Part shown: piece by piece, positions 13,913-23,836 of the stretch
Layout of the letters: every line of letters starts with the position of its first letter
Numbering within the stretch: the stretch's first letter is position 1
DNA from: a plasmid
Reading direction: 5' to 3' (one strand)
DNA: 64,000 nt
Sequence record: NZ_LC586267.2
Program-made: the position numbers and the translations under genes
Notes under the pieces: generated by a model
What the model saw: the letters and a program-made list of their open reading frames with translations, nothing else
Told to the model about the DNA's origin: nothing
Database searches by the model: none

Positions 13913-14382
13913 GTGCGTTTCCTTCTGCTGCGCGCTGCGCTTTCATATCGATCCAAGTCCGAGGCGTTTTGATCGTCCCCGGGATTCATGAGCCTGCTCA
14001 ACTCAGCCGGCCCCAAATGGGGCCGTTCGTCCGCGTCATGGCTCGGTTCTGTATCGTACGATACACCTCCTTCCTGTTCCGGCTCGACCTGCCGCGCTGG
14101 TTCCTCAAAATGTTGCGGCACTGGTGCTGGGCTTGCAGTCTTTGCCTGGTTTCCACGTTGGGCCTTGCGGTATCGGTACAGGTAGCTCTTGAGCGTATCC
14201 ATACTGACCTCGATACCTTGCTCCTTGAGCACATCCAGAATCGCCTGGCGTCGTACACCTGCCCTCAGCTGCTTCTCGATCACTGGCATGACCTTGCGTA
14301 TTTTCGCTGCCTTTGTCACTGGCTCAACCGCCATCAGTGCCTTCTCGATATCCTTGCCTGCCATTTTGCACCCTACCTGCAC
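13909..14382 (-). CDS. Putative DNA-binding protein (StbA-like) adjacent to oriT region
   Basis: 157 aa, basic N-terminal region with HTH-like segment; first gene of operon reading away from oriT-like repeats; C-terminal third low complexity and contains a palindrome, may not be coding. Confidence 0.4.
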   Translation of the reverse strand: MQVGCKMAGKDIEKALMAVEPVTKAAKIRKVMPVIEKQLRAGVRRQAILDVLKEQGIEVSMDTLKSYLYRYRKAQRGNQAKTASPAPVPQHFEEPARQVEPEQEGGVSYDTEPSHDADERPHLGPAELSRLMNPGDDQNASDLDRYESAARSRRKRT

Positions 14383-14518
14383 CCATATTGCATTTACCCT
14401 GTATCCTACTCACCCCCTACCTGTAGTCAAGCTATACCCCTTCTGCACTCAATCTACAGCCATACAGCACCCTTTCTGCCTACCCTTGTCCTCCGCTCGC
14501 TACGGCCTTCGGCCTAGG

Positions 14519-14642
14519 CACTAAAAACGCCCTTAACAAGAGCATCAATTTCGACCCTTAACAGGGTCAAAATCTCAATGCACTAAAAACGCCCTTAACA
14601 AGAGCATCAATTTCGACCCTTAACAGGGTCAAAATCTCAATA
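14519..14642. repeat. Two tandem 62-bp direct repeats each containing inverted repeat GACCCTTAACAGGGTC (putative StbA/centromere-like or oriT accessory sites)
   Basis: CACTAAAAACGCCCTTAACAAGAGCATCAATTTCGACCCTTAACAGGGTCAAAATCTCAAT repeated twice. Confidence 0.6.
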
Positions 14643-14858
14643 CACAACACGCACCTCCCTGGCGGGAGGTGGAAGCCGCGTCAGCCTTGAGCCTGAGCCG
14701 CTTTTCCAGAATTTACTACGTGATACGTTTGTATTACAAAGTATGCTTGCAGTGCAGATAAATCAAGGTTTTTGTGTGATACATTTGCATTACAGCGAAT
14801 GTGCGTTACCTTTGGGCATGTCAAACCCCAATTTTCAAGGTGCATTTGAGGGAGCAAC
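14643..14858. promoter_or_regulatory. Putative oriT / trwA promoter region
   Basis: 8-bp stem IR CACCTCCC-TGGC-GGGAGGTG at about 14650-14675; two related AT-rich repeats GTGATACRTTTGYATTACA; lies between stbA-like gene and trwA-trwB-trwC as in R388. Confidence 0.4.
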
Positions 14859-15242
14859 GTGGGCAAAACAGTACCCATTCGATTCAACGACGAGCAGCTG
14901 TCCAGGGTTGAAGAAGCGGCGGCACTCGCTGGCTATAAGCACCTATCGAGCTACATCCGCGACCGGGTGCTGGCCACAGACAAAGGTGGCCGGCAGGTGG
15001 ATATGGACAGCTGGGCCGAGCAGCAACAGATCCTTGGCTTGCTCGAAACCATCACCCAGGAACAGGCACGGAGCAGAACCATTCAGGCCATCGTGGTCTA
15101 TCTGCTGCGTCAAGGAACGGCACAGGGCAAGGTCAATGAGCTGCGCGCTCATCTCAAGCACCTGGTCAGCAGCGAGGATGCACTCGCAGCACTTTTGCCC
15201 GACCTGGCCGAGGACATTGAACGTCTATCAGGAGAGGACTGA
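14859..15242 (+). CDS. Relaxosome accessory protein (TrwA-like ribbon-helix-helix)
   Basis: 127 aa; N-terminal KTVPIRFNDEQLSRVEEAA RHH-like; immediately upstream of T4CP and relaxase. Confidence 0.55.
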   Translation: MGKTVPIRFNDEQLSRVEEAAALAGYKHLSSYIRDRVLATDKGGRQVDMDSWAEQQQILGLLETITQEQARSRTIQAIVVYLLRQGTAQGKVNELRAHLKHLVSSEDALAALLPDLAEDIERLSGED

Positions 15243-16792
15243 TGCACAAACAAGAGGTTGATTCCGCCGCTATGACAGCGGGCTTTGGTTTGCCGATCGC
15301 TGGCTGGTTGGCCGGCACCCAGCTGGCTCAGCTGCCACTGGCGCCGTTCCCTGCAGCGTTCAAAGAAACACTGCACAACGGCTGGCACGAACCTCCAGTG
15401 CTGGGTGCCACCATTGCCACCTCGGTTGTTGCTGCAGGCTTGTGTTACTACCTGTACGAATACTGCGACGACGGGTTCAGAGGCGAACGGTTCCAGCAAT
15501 GGCTGCGTGGTTCTCGGATTCGTAACTGGCATTTCGTGGAGCGCAAGGTCAACGCTCGCAATGCCAAGACCAACCGTGAGCGCCGCAAAAAGGGGTTGGA
15601 GAATGCCAAGCCAATCATGGTCGGCAAGCTGCCGATGCCGCTGCACCTAGAAGACCGCAACACCATGATCTGCGCGTCCATCGGTGCCGGTAAGTCCGTG
15701 ACCATGGAAGGCATGATCGCATCGGCATTACGGCGCAACGACCGCATGGCCGTGGTCGATCCCAACGGGACCTTTTACTCCAAGTTCAGTTTCAAGGGCG
15801 ACTACATTCTCAATCCCTTTGATGCGCGCTCTGCAGGCTGGACCATCTTCAACGAGATCCGTGGCGTTCACGATTTCAACCGCATGGCTAAATCGATCAT
15901 TCCGCCGCAGGTAGACCCCAGCGACGAGCAGTGGTGTGCCTACGCTCGGGACGTACTGTCCGACACCATGCGCAAGCTGATGGAAACGAACAACGCCAAC
16001 CAAGATACGCTGGTCAACCTTCTGGTTCGCGAAGATGGCGACACCATCCGGGCGTTCTTGGCGAACACCGACTCCGAAGGCTATTTCCGTGACAACGCGG
16101 AGAAAGCCATCGCAAGCATCCAGTTCATGATGAACAAGTACATCCGCCCTCTTCGCTACATGGGTAAAGGTGACTTTTCGATTTATCGCTGGGTGAATGA
16201 TCCCGACGCCGGCAACCTGTTCATTACCTGGCGGGAGGATATGCGCGACACCATGCGCCCGCTGGTGGCCACCTGGATCGATACCATCTGCGCAACCATC
16301 CTCAGCTCCGAGCCAATGACCGGTAAACGTCTGTGGCTGTTTCTCGATGAGCTGCAATCGCTCGGTAAATTGGAGAGTTTCGTTCCCGCTGCGACCAAGG
16401 GCCGGAAACATGGCCTGCGCATGGTCGGCAGTCTGCAAGACTGGTCCCAGCTCAACGCAAGTTATGGCCGGGACGACGCGGACACGCTGCTGTCGTGCTT
16501 TCGTAACTACGTCATTCTGGCGGCGGCAAACGCCAAGAACGCCGAAATGGCCAAGGAAATCTTGGGCAATCAGGAGGTCAAGCGCTTCCGCAAGTCTTGG
16601 ACTGCAGGGCGCATGACGAGGGCCGAGGAAATCAAGCTGGAACCGGTCGTGATGGATTCGGAGATCTCGAACCTCAATGACTTGGAAGCCTACGTCAAGT
16701 TTGCCGAGGACTTCCCCATTACCAAGATCAAGACGCCTTACGTCGATTACAAAGAGCGGGCGCCGGCAATCGTCATTGGCCAAGCAGCTTGA
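15242..16792 (+). CDS. Type IV coupling protein (TrwB/VirD4 family)
   Basis: 516 aa; N-terminal TM, Walker A ICASIGAGKS, Walker B LWLFLDELQSLG. Confidence 0.9.
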   Translation: MHKQEVDSAAMTAGFGLPIAGWLAGTQLAQLPLAPFPAAFKETLHNGWHEPPVLGATIATSVVAAGLCYYLYEYCDDGFRGERFQQWLRGSRIRNWHFVERKVNARNAKTNRERRKKGLENAKPIMVGKLPMPLHLEDRNTMICASIGAGKSVTMEGMIASALRRNDRMAVVDPNGTFYSKFSFKGDYILNPFDARSAGWTIFNEIRGVHDFNRMAKSIIPPQVDPSDEQWCAYARDVLSDTMRKLMETNNANQDTLVNLLVREDGDTIRAFLANTDSEGYFRDNAEKAIASIQFMMNKYIRPLRYMGKGDFSIYRWVNDPDAGNLFITWREDMRDTMRPLVATWIDTICATILSSEPMTGKRLWLFLDELQSLGKLESFVPAATKGRKHGLRMVGSLQDWSQLNASYGRDDADTLLSCFRNYVILAAANAKNAEMAKEILGNQEVKRFRKSWTAGRMTRAEEIKLEPVVMDSEISNLNDLEAYVKFAEDFPITKIKTPYVDYKERAPAIVIGQAA

Positions 16793-16803
16793 CGAGGTAA
16801 GCG

Positions 16804-19739
16804 ATGTTCAACGTGACGCTGATCAAGGGTGACAACCAGTACGCGGCGGCAGGCTACTTTTCCAACGCCGATGACTACTACGCCAAGGAAGCCCCCGGCG
16901 AGTGGCAAGGTATCGGTGCCGAGTTGCTGGGTTTGAGGGGCCTATCGACCAGAAGGAGCTGGCCCGTCTGTTCGATGGAAAGCTCCCGAATGGCGAACGA
17001 ATGGCTAAGACCTTCGACAAGGAAACAGGCTCCCGTCGCATGGGCTTAGACCTAACGTTCTCGGCTCCTAAGTCCGTCTCAATGCAGGCGCTGATCGCCG
17101 GCGACAAGGATGTGATGGCAGCACACGACCGCGCAGTGACCAAGAGCATGGAGGAAGTCGAGCGCCTGGCCCAAACACGATTGAAGGTGAACGGCAAAAC
17201 CATGCTCGAGCGCTCGGGCAACTTGGTGATAGGCAAGTTTCGTCATGAAATGAGCCGGGCCAAGGATCCGCAGATGCACACGCATGCCGTGGTCATGAAC
17301 ATGACCAGGCGGTCGGATGGCAAATGGCGCGCTTTGCGCAACGACGATATCTACAAGATCCAGCCGCAAGTCGATGCCATGTACAAGGGCATCCTTGCCC
17401 AGGAACTGCGTGCGCTGGGATATGAGATCCGGGTTCTGGATAACCAGGGCAACTTCGAGCTGGCCCACATATCGCGTGACCAGATCGAGGCGTTTTCCAG
17501 TCGTTCCAAAGTGATCGAGGACGCGCTGGCCAAGGACGGAAAAACCCGCGCCGATGCCACCCCGCTCGAAAAGCAGATCATTGCGATGGCCACACGGCCA
17601 CGCAAGGACGAGCGCGACCGCCACCTGGTCAAAGAATATTGGGTAACCAAAGCTCGCGAGCTGGGCATTGATTTTGGCGCTCGCAGCCACCTGGACAATC
17701 GCGAATACGCGCCTCGCAAGGGCAGCCCTGCAGAATACAGCCTGCCCGAGGGCATCACGCCAGGGCAGGCCGTTGTCCAGTACGCCATCAATCACCTGAC
17801 CGAACGTGAGCAAGTGGTAGGGGAAAATGACCTGCGCACCGTCGCCTTGCGACGTGCGGTCGGCCTTGCTACCCCTGATCAGGTAAACGAGGAAATCAAG
17901 CGCCTGGTCAAGCAAGGGACGCTTATCGAATCTCCGCCGACCTACCGCATGCCCAACGGCGACTTAGATTCGCCGGTACTGTCGCCTGCTGGCTGGCGGG
18001 CACACCTGCAGGAGCTGAAAGGCTGGAGTGAGAAACAGGCCCGTCAGTATGTAGACAAGGCTATCAAGCGCGGTTCGCTAGAGCCTGCAGAAAAGCGCTA
18101 TACGACGCAGAAGGCCTTGAAGCGCGAGAAAGCCATTCTGGCTATCGAGCGGACAGGCCGTGGCCAGGTCACCCCGTTGATGACCAAGGAACAGGTGGCC
18201 AAGGCGCTGGAAGGGTCCACCTTGTCGGCTGGCCAATACCAAGCCGTTGAGGTGATCGTCAGCACCAACAATCGATTTGTAGGCATCCAGGGTGATGCCG
18301 GTACCGGCAAAACCTACTCGGTAGACCGTGCCGTCAAACTGATCGATTCCGTGAACGCCGCGATGGCCAGCCGGGATTCCCAACCGGGATCAGGGTACAG
18401 AGTTGTTGCCCTGGCACCGTACGGCAACCAGGTCACCGCCTTGAAGAACGAAGGGTTGGATGCGCACACGCTGGCCAGCTTCTTCCACACCAAGAACAAG
18501 GGATTGGATGCCAAGACCATCGTTATTCTCGATGAGGCCGGCGTGGTGGGCGCCCGCCAGATGGAACGGCTGATGCGGGAGATCGAGCAATCCGGCGCCC
18601 GCTTGATCCAGCTGGGTGACACCAAGCAAACCGAGGCCATCGAGGCAGGCAAGCCATTTGCTCAGCTGCAGCAAAACGGCATGCAGACCGCACGTATCAA
18701 GGAGATCCAGCGGCAGAAGGATCCCGAGTTGAAACTGGCAGTGCAGCATGCGGCCGAGGGGAAGCCCACCAAGTCCCTGGATCACCTGAAACACGTTGAA
18801 GAATTGCGAACGGCCACTGAGCGGCACCAGGCCATTGTCCGCGACTACATGGCACTGACGCCCGACCAACGCAAAGAGGTATTGATCGTTGCCGGCACCA
18901 ACAAGGACCGGAAGGAAATCAACCAGATGGCCCGCCAGGCACTCGGGCTGCTGGGGAAGGGTAAACAGTTCGAAACGTTGAACCGTGTCGATTCCACCGA
19001 CGCAGAACGTCGGTACGCCCCCAGCTACAAGCAGGGCATGATCATTCAGCCGGAAAAGGACTATAAACGGGCTGGCCTGGTACGAGGTGAGCTGTATGTG
19101 GTCGACCAGGCGCTGCCGGGTAATGTGCTTGTGGTCAAGGACCGTAGCGGCAACCGATACGAGTTCAACCCGAGACAGGCCACCAAGCTCAGTGTCTACA
19201 AGCTGGAGAAACCTGAGCTGTCTGTGGGTGACCTCATTCGCATCAACCGCCAGGATCCCAAGCTGGACCTCACCAACGGCGACCGCATGCGCGTAGTCAG
19301 CATCGAGGGCGGCGTGGTGCAGCTGGCTTCGCTCAAGGAGATCAACGGCCAGCCCGAACGCACCGTGAGCTTGCCGACCAACAAGCCGTTGCACCTGGAA
19401 CATGCCTATTCCGCGACCGTCCACAGCGCTCAGGGTCTGACCAATGATCGCGTCATGATCTCGCTCAACACCAAGAGCCGCACCACCTCGCAGAACCTTT
19501 GGTATGTGGCCATCAGCCGGGCACGGCATGAAGCCCGCGTCTATGCAGACTCAATCAAAGGTCTGCCGGCAGCAATCGCCAAGCGCTACGACAAAACCAC
19601 GGCGTTGTCGCTGCAGCAGGAACGCGAGCGGCAGCGTAGGGAGTCGATTCAACCGCGGAATGTTGCGGACGGCCAGGCGCTGGAGCGCAAGCAACGTACT
19701 CGCTTGGAAGGCCCGAGCAGCGGGCATCCCAGGATGTGA
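16804..19739 (+). CDS. Relaxase-helicase TrwC/TraI (MOBF); apparent -1 frameshift near 16945
   Basis: N-terminal ADDYYAKEAPGEWQG and LDLTFSAPKSVS relaxase motifs, HTHAVVMN histidine triad, C-terminal RecD-like helicase GDAGTGKT; ORFs 16804..17049 and 16902..19739 are consecutive parts in different frames. Confidence 0.85.
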
Positions 19740-19740
19740 G

Positions 19741-20226
19741 TCAAACGCTTTTGGTGGTGCTGGCCAGCTTCCCACTATGCCCCGCCTTGTGCGGGGTTTT
19801 CAGTGGCGGGGTATCGGAACGTGGACGGTACGTGGTGATTCCAAGTTTACGCCGGCGCTTGAGGACTGCACTTGGACTTCTGCCGGCGAGTTGAGCAATC
19901 GCTGCATCGCTCAACACCCCTAGCAGGGGATCGAACACTTCGAGCGGATTGGTCTGCTGGTCACGGTGCGACGGAATGCCCAGGGATGACCGCCTGACCG
20001 TTATCGTTTGCTTGGCCACCCCTGCCAGCTGGGCCACATGCTCATCCGTGAACAGACCCAAGATGGAGTCATAGGCCTGCAGATGGCTCCCAATGCCAAG
20101 GCGTCGGCGCCGTCCTGCCACCGCGTGGATGCTAACACCCGCTGCAGTGGCGATCTGTGCGTCCGACCAGCGACCGAATAGCGGCTCGAATGGCCACAGC
20201 AGCTGATCGATTTCGTCATGAGTCAT
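19741..20226 (-). CDS. Protein of three tandem sigma-70-region-4-like HTH repeats (paralog of 39830..40579)
   Basis: 161 aa; repeat LLGxxSDxxIAxLAGVSxxxVxxRRRxLGI three times. Confidence 0.45.
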   Translation of the reverse strand: MTHDEIDQLLWPFEPLFGRWSDAQIATAAGVSIHAVAGRRRRLGIGSHLQAYDSILGLFTDEHVAQLAGVAKQTITVRRSSLGIPSHRDQQTNPLEVFDPLLGVLSDAAIAQLAGRSPSAVLKRRRKLGITTYRPRSDTPPLKTPHKAGHSGKLASTTKSV

Positions 20227-20287
20227 ATCGAATATCGGGCAAAAAGAAAGGAGCCTACCGGCTCCTTTCTCCTTTTTCAGCTACTAC

Positions 20288-20920
20288 TCAAAAACCTTTG
20301 CCGCCGTAGCCTTTCGGTTGGTGTGAGGGGGTTTTTAGTTCGTGCTGCAGCTGGCGTTCTTGCACGATGCCAACGCCCGAGAACGGGTAACGGATCGACA
20401 GATCCTTGCCCTGGTGCAACAACCCAGCCTTGGCACTGCTCAAGGCCGCTCGCTCATGGGCAATATGGATAGTCTTCTGTCCGTCACTGACGGCCTGAAT
20501 CACCTGGTTATTGTGGAAGGCGACTATCTTGCCGTCGTAGGTCTTGCCCTGCTCAGCTGCCTTGATGGCCGGCATATCCATTGGCTTGGCCATTGCCATC
20601 GCTTCACCGGGTTTACCAGAGGCCGCGCCGGATTGCTCAGCCTTGCGCAGCTCCAGCGCATCCTTGAACGAGGCTTTGAAGTCTGCAGCGCCTGGCATAT
20701 TGTCGAACGGCAGATCCTTGTAATACTGCGTGCCCTCCTTGCCAACCTGCGCAAAGACACGAGCGGCTTGCCCGCCCTGTTGAACAGTCATCACGGATTT
20801 GTCGGAAAGCTCGGCCTTGAACCAGGCTGCGCCCGCCAGCTTTGCGTCGGTGAACGTTTCCGGTTCCCTGCCCTTTTGGAACAGCTGGTAAGTGGTGGTC
20901 TGATCAGTTTGCTTGTCCAT
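20288..20920 (-). CDS. Hypothetical conserved plasmid protein
   Basis: 210-aa ORF, good coding statistics, no recognisable motif. Confidence 0.4.
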   Translation of the reverse strand: MDKQTDQTTTYQLFQKGREPETFTDAKLAGAAWFKAELSDKSVMTVQQGGQAARVFAQVGKEGTQYYKDLPFDNMPGAADFKASFKDALELRKAEQSGAASGKPGEAMAMAKPMDMPAIKAAEQGKTYDGKIVAFHNNQVIQAVSDGQKTIHIAHERAALSSAKAGLLHQGKDLSIRYPFSGVGIVQERQLQHELKTPSHQPKGYGGKGF

Positions 20921-20932
20921 GTGCGTGCCCTC

Positions 20933-21562
20933 TCAGTAGCTTGGTTTGAATGCTTGGCCCTTCTCCCACCGGCTCTGCCAGTGGTTCAGGTACTGCTCAG
21001 CGAGATCGGCGTCGTTCCAGACGACCAGTGCGTTCTCACTATTGTTTCTGGCAGCTGCAGCGGTGTAGTTGTAGCTGCCGGTTTCAACTGCCTTGCCGTC
21101 AATCACCATGAACTTGTCATGGTGGATCGCGTAGGCCTTCACCGTACGGGTTGGGATGCCGGCACGGGCCAGCAATGTCAGCGCATGTTGGCCAGCGCGG
21201 GCAGCGCCACCTTGCAGATTGCCTTGATGGTCAGCCACCACCGCCACATCGACACCGCGCTGTTTGGCCGAGATCAAGGCCTTGGTCACATCGGGGCTGG
21301 TCAGCATGTACGCCGAAAGGCGAATCGAGCTTTTGGCCGCGCCAATGGTGCGCAGTACTAGATCCTGTGCCGAGCCTTCTGGCGAGAAGCCGACTTCAAT
21401 GCGGCGCGCGCCATCGACCAATAGCGGTGCGGCTGCAGGCTCCGACGAAGCAGGCGCCTGGTCAGCCCAAACCAGGGAGCTGGCCACCATCGCTACGGCC
21501 AAGGAAAGGGACCTTACTGCAGTGAACTTAGAAGCCACGTTGTACGGTCCCCCATTTGTCAT
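20933..21562 (-). CDS. nuc: Phospholipase D-family endonuclease (Nuc-like), secreted
   Basis: HHDKFMVIDG HKD motif; signal peptide from MTNGGPYNVASKFTAVRSLSLAVAMVASSLVWA; ORF track extends to 21703. Confidence 0.7.
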   Translation of the reverse strand: MTNGGPYNVASKFTAVRSLSLAVAMVASSLVWADQAPASSEPAAAPLLVDGARRIEVGFSPEGSAQDLVLRTIGAAKSSIRLSAYMLTSPDVTKALISAKQRGVDVAVVADHQGNLQGGAARAGQHALTLLARAGIPTRTVKAYAIHHDKFMVIDGKAVETGSYNYTAAAARNNSENALVVWNDADLAEQYLNHWQSRWEKGQAFKPSY

Positions 21563-21863
21563 TGGCCGCTTTAGCACGGTCCTGGTCCTCAGCGCACTGG
21601 GCAACAAAGTCACCCCGAGCTTCGGCAGTTCTGGACGGGCTGAATTTTCCTTTTTTCGTTCGAATGATGCTGAAGTACTTGGTGACGTACTTGTCACAAT
21701 CACCGTCGCGGATCATGCCCAGCAGACACAGGGTGGCCCCACAAGCTTCTGAATCGCTTTTAGAGCCGTAGTCGTAATTAGTTGGTGGCTGCGGCAATTC
21801 ATTCGCCTGCACGGTACCGGCAAATGCCAGCGCAGCGAGGAAAGTCATGATTGGGGTGCGCAT
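21528..21863 (-). CDS. Small secreted protein (KikA-like position)
   Basis: 111 aa from MRTPIMTFLAALAFAGTVQA signal peptide; operator TTCTCGCGTGCGAGAA just upstream. Confidence 0.35.
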   Translation of the reverse strand: MRTPIMTFLAALAFAGTVQANELPQPPTNYDYGSKSDSEACGATLCLLGMIRDGDCDKYVTKYFSIIRTKKGKFSPSRTAEARGDFVAQCAEDQDRAKAANDKWGTVQRGF

Positions 21864-21891
21864 ACGAACTCCTTTTCTCGCGTGCGAGAAA

Positions 21892-22809
21892 TCAATTGAT
21901 GATCTGGACAAATGACGGGGTGGCTTGCTGCTGTTCGGCAACAGGCTGCGCCTCGGCTTGTTCAAAGTGTTGTGGCGCAGGCTGATCGAAGCGCTTGAAT
22001 TCCCGCTTCGGAATATCAGCCTCGGCATCGGTGTTGAGGTGGACTTGGATCTGCGGCTTGCTGGCAGTCTCAGTCTTCGCGGCAGCAACGGCTTGGCCAT
22101 TGTCGTCAGTGAAGGTCAGCCATGGACCTTCCTGCTGTTCAGAGGCCCTACGAGCGCGCTGCGGCGCTTTTCGGGCAGGGGAGCTAGCTGCAACCACGGA
22201 AATCGGCTCAGCGCCTTCTGCACCCTCTACAGCCGGCACAATCGGATCCTCAGCAGTGGGGTTCAGGGCGCGGTGAACCACTTTCTCGACGTAAGACATT
22301 TCGCCAGGTCGATCCGGGCGGAAGCCACGCAGCTCGTTGCCGCTGTAGTACATCGAAAAGGCCTTCAACAGCGCCTCTTGCTTGTCACTACTGGTCGTAA
22401 GCGCCTGCTTGTAATACTCCACCAGCAAGTTGCTGATGGCCTGCAGGTTGCGGCATGGCTCGAACACATCCTGATAGCTCAGCCCGCGTGCACGCATGTT
22501 GGTGACTAGCAACTGGCCAAGGCCCATGGCATAACGCTTGCCGTCCCGTTCCAACTGCTCGGCAGTGGCGATGGCTTCGCTCAAGGACTGAGGTTGCCGC
22601 TGCAGGTGAGTGCCAACCACGCCGATTGCGTAAGGGTTGAAGGTAGACTCGTTGCCGATCAACGCCTTGAGCGTGGACGGGTGAACGGTCGGCGCGCACT
22701 TGGCGGCAAGTTCGGAAAACCGGGTCGGCTGTGCATCTTCGGCATGAACCATGGCAGACGCGCAGACACTGGCCAGCAGCGCCAGGGTGAACTTAGGCAG
22801 CTTTCGCAT
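21892..22809 (-). CDS. virB1: Lytic transglycosylase (VirB1/TrwN-like)
   Basis: Signal peptide then SLT motifs NESTFNPYAIG and AMGLGQL. Confidence 0.75.
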   Translation of the reverse strand: MRKLPKFTLALLASVCASAMVHAEDAQPTRFSELAAKCAPTVHPSTLKALIGNESTFNPYAIGVVGTHLQRQPQSLSEAIATAEQLERDGKRYAMGLGQLLVTNMRARGLSYQDVFEPCRNLQAISNLLVEYYKQALTTSSDKQEALLKAFSMYYSGNELRGFRPDRPGEMSYVEKVVHRALNPTAEDPIVPAVEGAEGAEPISVVAASSPARKAPQRARRASEQQEGPWLTFTDDNGQAVAAAKTETASKPQIQVHLNTDAEADIPKREFKRFDQPAPQHFEQAEAQPVAEQQQATPSFVQIIN

Positions 22810-23827
22810 AGTGAACCTCCGTGATGATGCGTCGGCCATCGAAGCCGTATTCCCACTGGATAACGACATCGATCAGATGCCGGGAGAACTCGATCAGCTG
22901 GTTTTTGCTCATGTCAGCACCGCCACGCGATGCCATTGATGCCAGGCGGTCGAACATGAGATCCGGCGAGTCGGCGTGGATAGAACTCATCGTGCCGCTG
23001 TGACCGGTGTTCATCAGTTCAAGGAAGGGGAACGCCTCGCCGCCACGCAGCTCGCCCATAATTGCCCGGTCAGGGGTCAGACGAAGAATCGATTCCAGGT
23101 GATCGAATGGCGTGACACGGGCCTTGCCCTGGCCACCTCGCGAATAGATCAGGTTCACCACGTTCCCGCCCGCTGGGCGCAGTTCGCGGGTGTCCTCAAT
23201 GGTGATTACTCGCTCGCCATTGTTGCCGTCCACATGCTGCAGCAACTCGTTGAGGAAAGTGGTTTTGCCGGCATTGGTACCGGCAGAAACCATGATGTTC
23301 TTGCGCGCCTTGACGATGCCCTTGAAGAACTCTTTCCAGCGCTTGGCCCGATACAGTTCAACCAGGTGATCATCGCTGTACTGGCCATGATCACGTGGCT
23401 GGTTGATGAAGTCGAAAGCACCGGAAGCCTCGTATTGATCGAGGGTAATTTGCTTCCGCCCTGGTTTACGGATACAGACGATACCGCCGATGTGCTGCTC
23501 AACAGCCGGGGCCAGGACGATCTGGACGCGGTAGTCGCCCCGCTCGTTGTCCGGGACGTTGTCGTCCAGATTGATTGGGATACGCCCCGACAGGATTGGC
23601 GTGTAGGCGCTCACTTCCTGGTCAGTGTGGGCGGCAATCAGGCTGGCCAGCGATTTGATCAGGGGGAGCGTTACACCTTGAACCGGAACCGGACGCATGA
23701 ACCGGCTACTGCGGTAGCCGGCCCATACGTTGTCTGGACCGTTGATAGCGATCTCTGTCACTTCCGGGTCATCCAACATGCCAGCAAGCGGACCCAGTTT
23801 TGTGCGAAAGGATGCAATCTCAGACAT
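22793..23827 (-). CDS. virB11: VirB11/TrwD traffic ATPase
   Basis: 344 aa; Walker A SAGTNAGKTT, RAIMGELRGGEA, His box. Confidence 0.9.
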   Translation of the reverse strand: MSEIASFRTKLGPLAGMLDDPEVTEIAINGPDNVWAGYRSSRFMRPVPVQGVTLPLIKSLASLIAAHTDQEVSAYTPILSGRIPINLDDNVPDNERGDYRVQIVLAPAVEQHIGGIVCIRKPGRKQITLDQYEASGAFDFINQPRDHGQYSDDHLVELYRAKRWKEFFKGIVKARKNIMVSAGTNAGKTTFLNELLQHVDGNNGERVITIEDTRELRPAGGNVVNLIYSRGGQGKARVTPFDHLESILRLTPDRAIMGELRGGEAFPFLELMNTGHSGTMSSIHADSPDLMFDRLASMASRGGADMSKNQLIEFSRHLIDVVIQWEYGFDGRRIITEVHYAKAA

Positions 23828-23836
23828 ATCCGGTCC

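Noticed and set aside
15728..19529. Long antisense ORFs within trwB/trwC (15728..16783, 17079..17915, 18390..19529)
   Set aside because: They overlap well-supported T4CP and relaxase genes on the opposite strand; typical GC-rich shadow ORFs.
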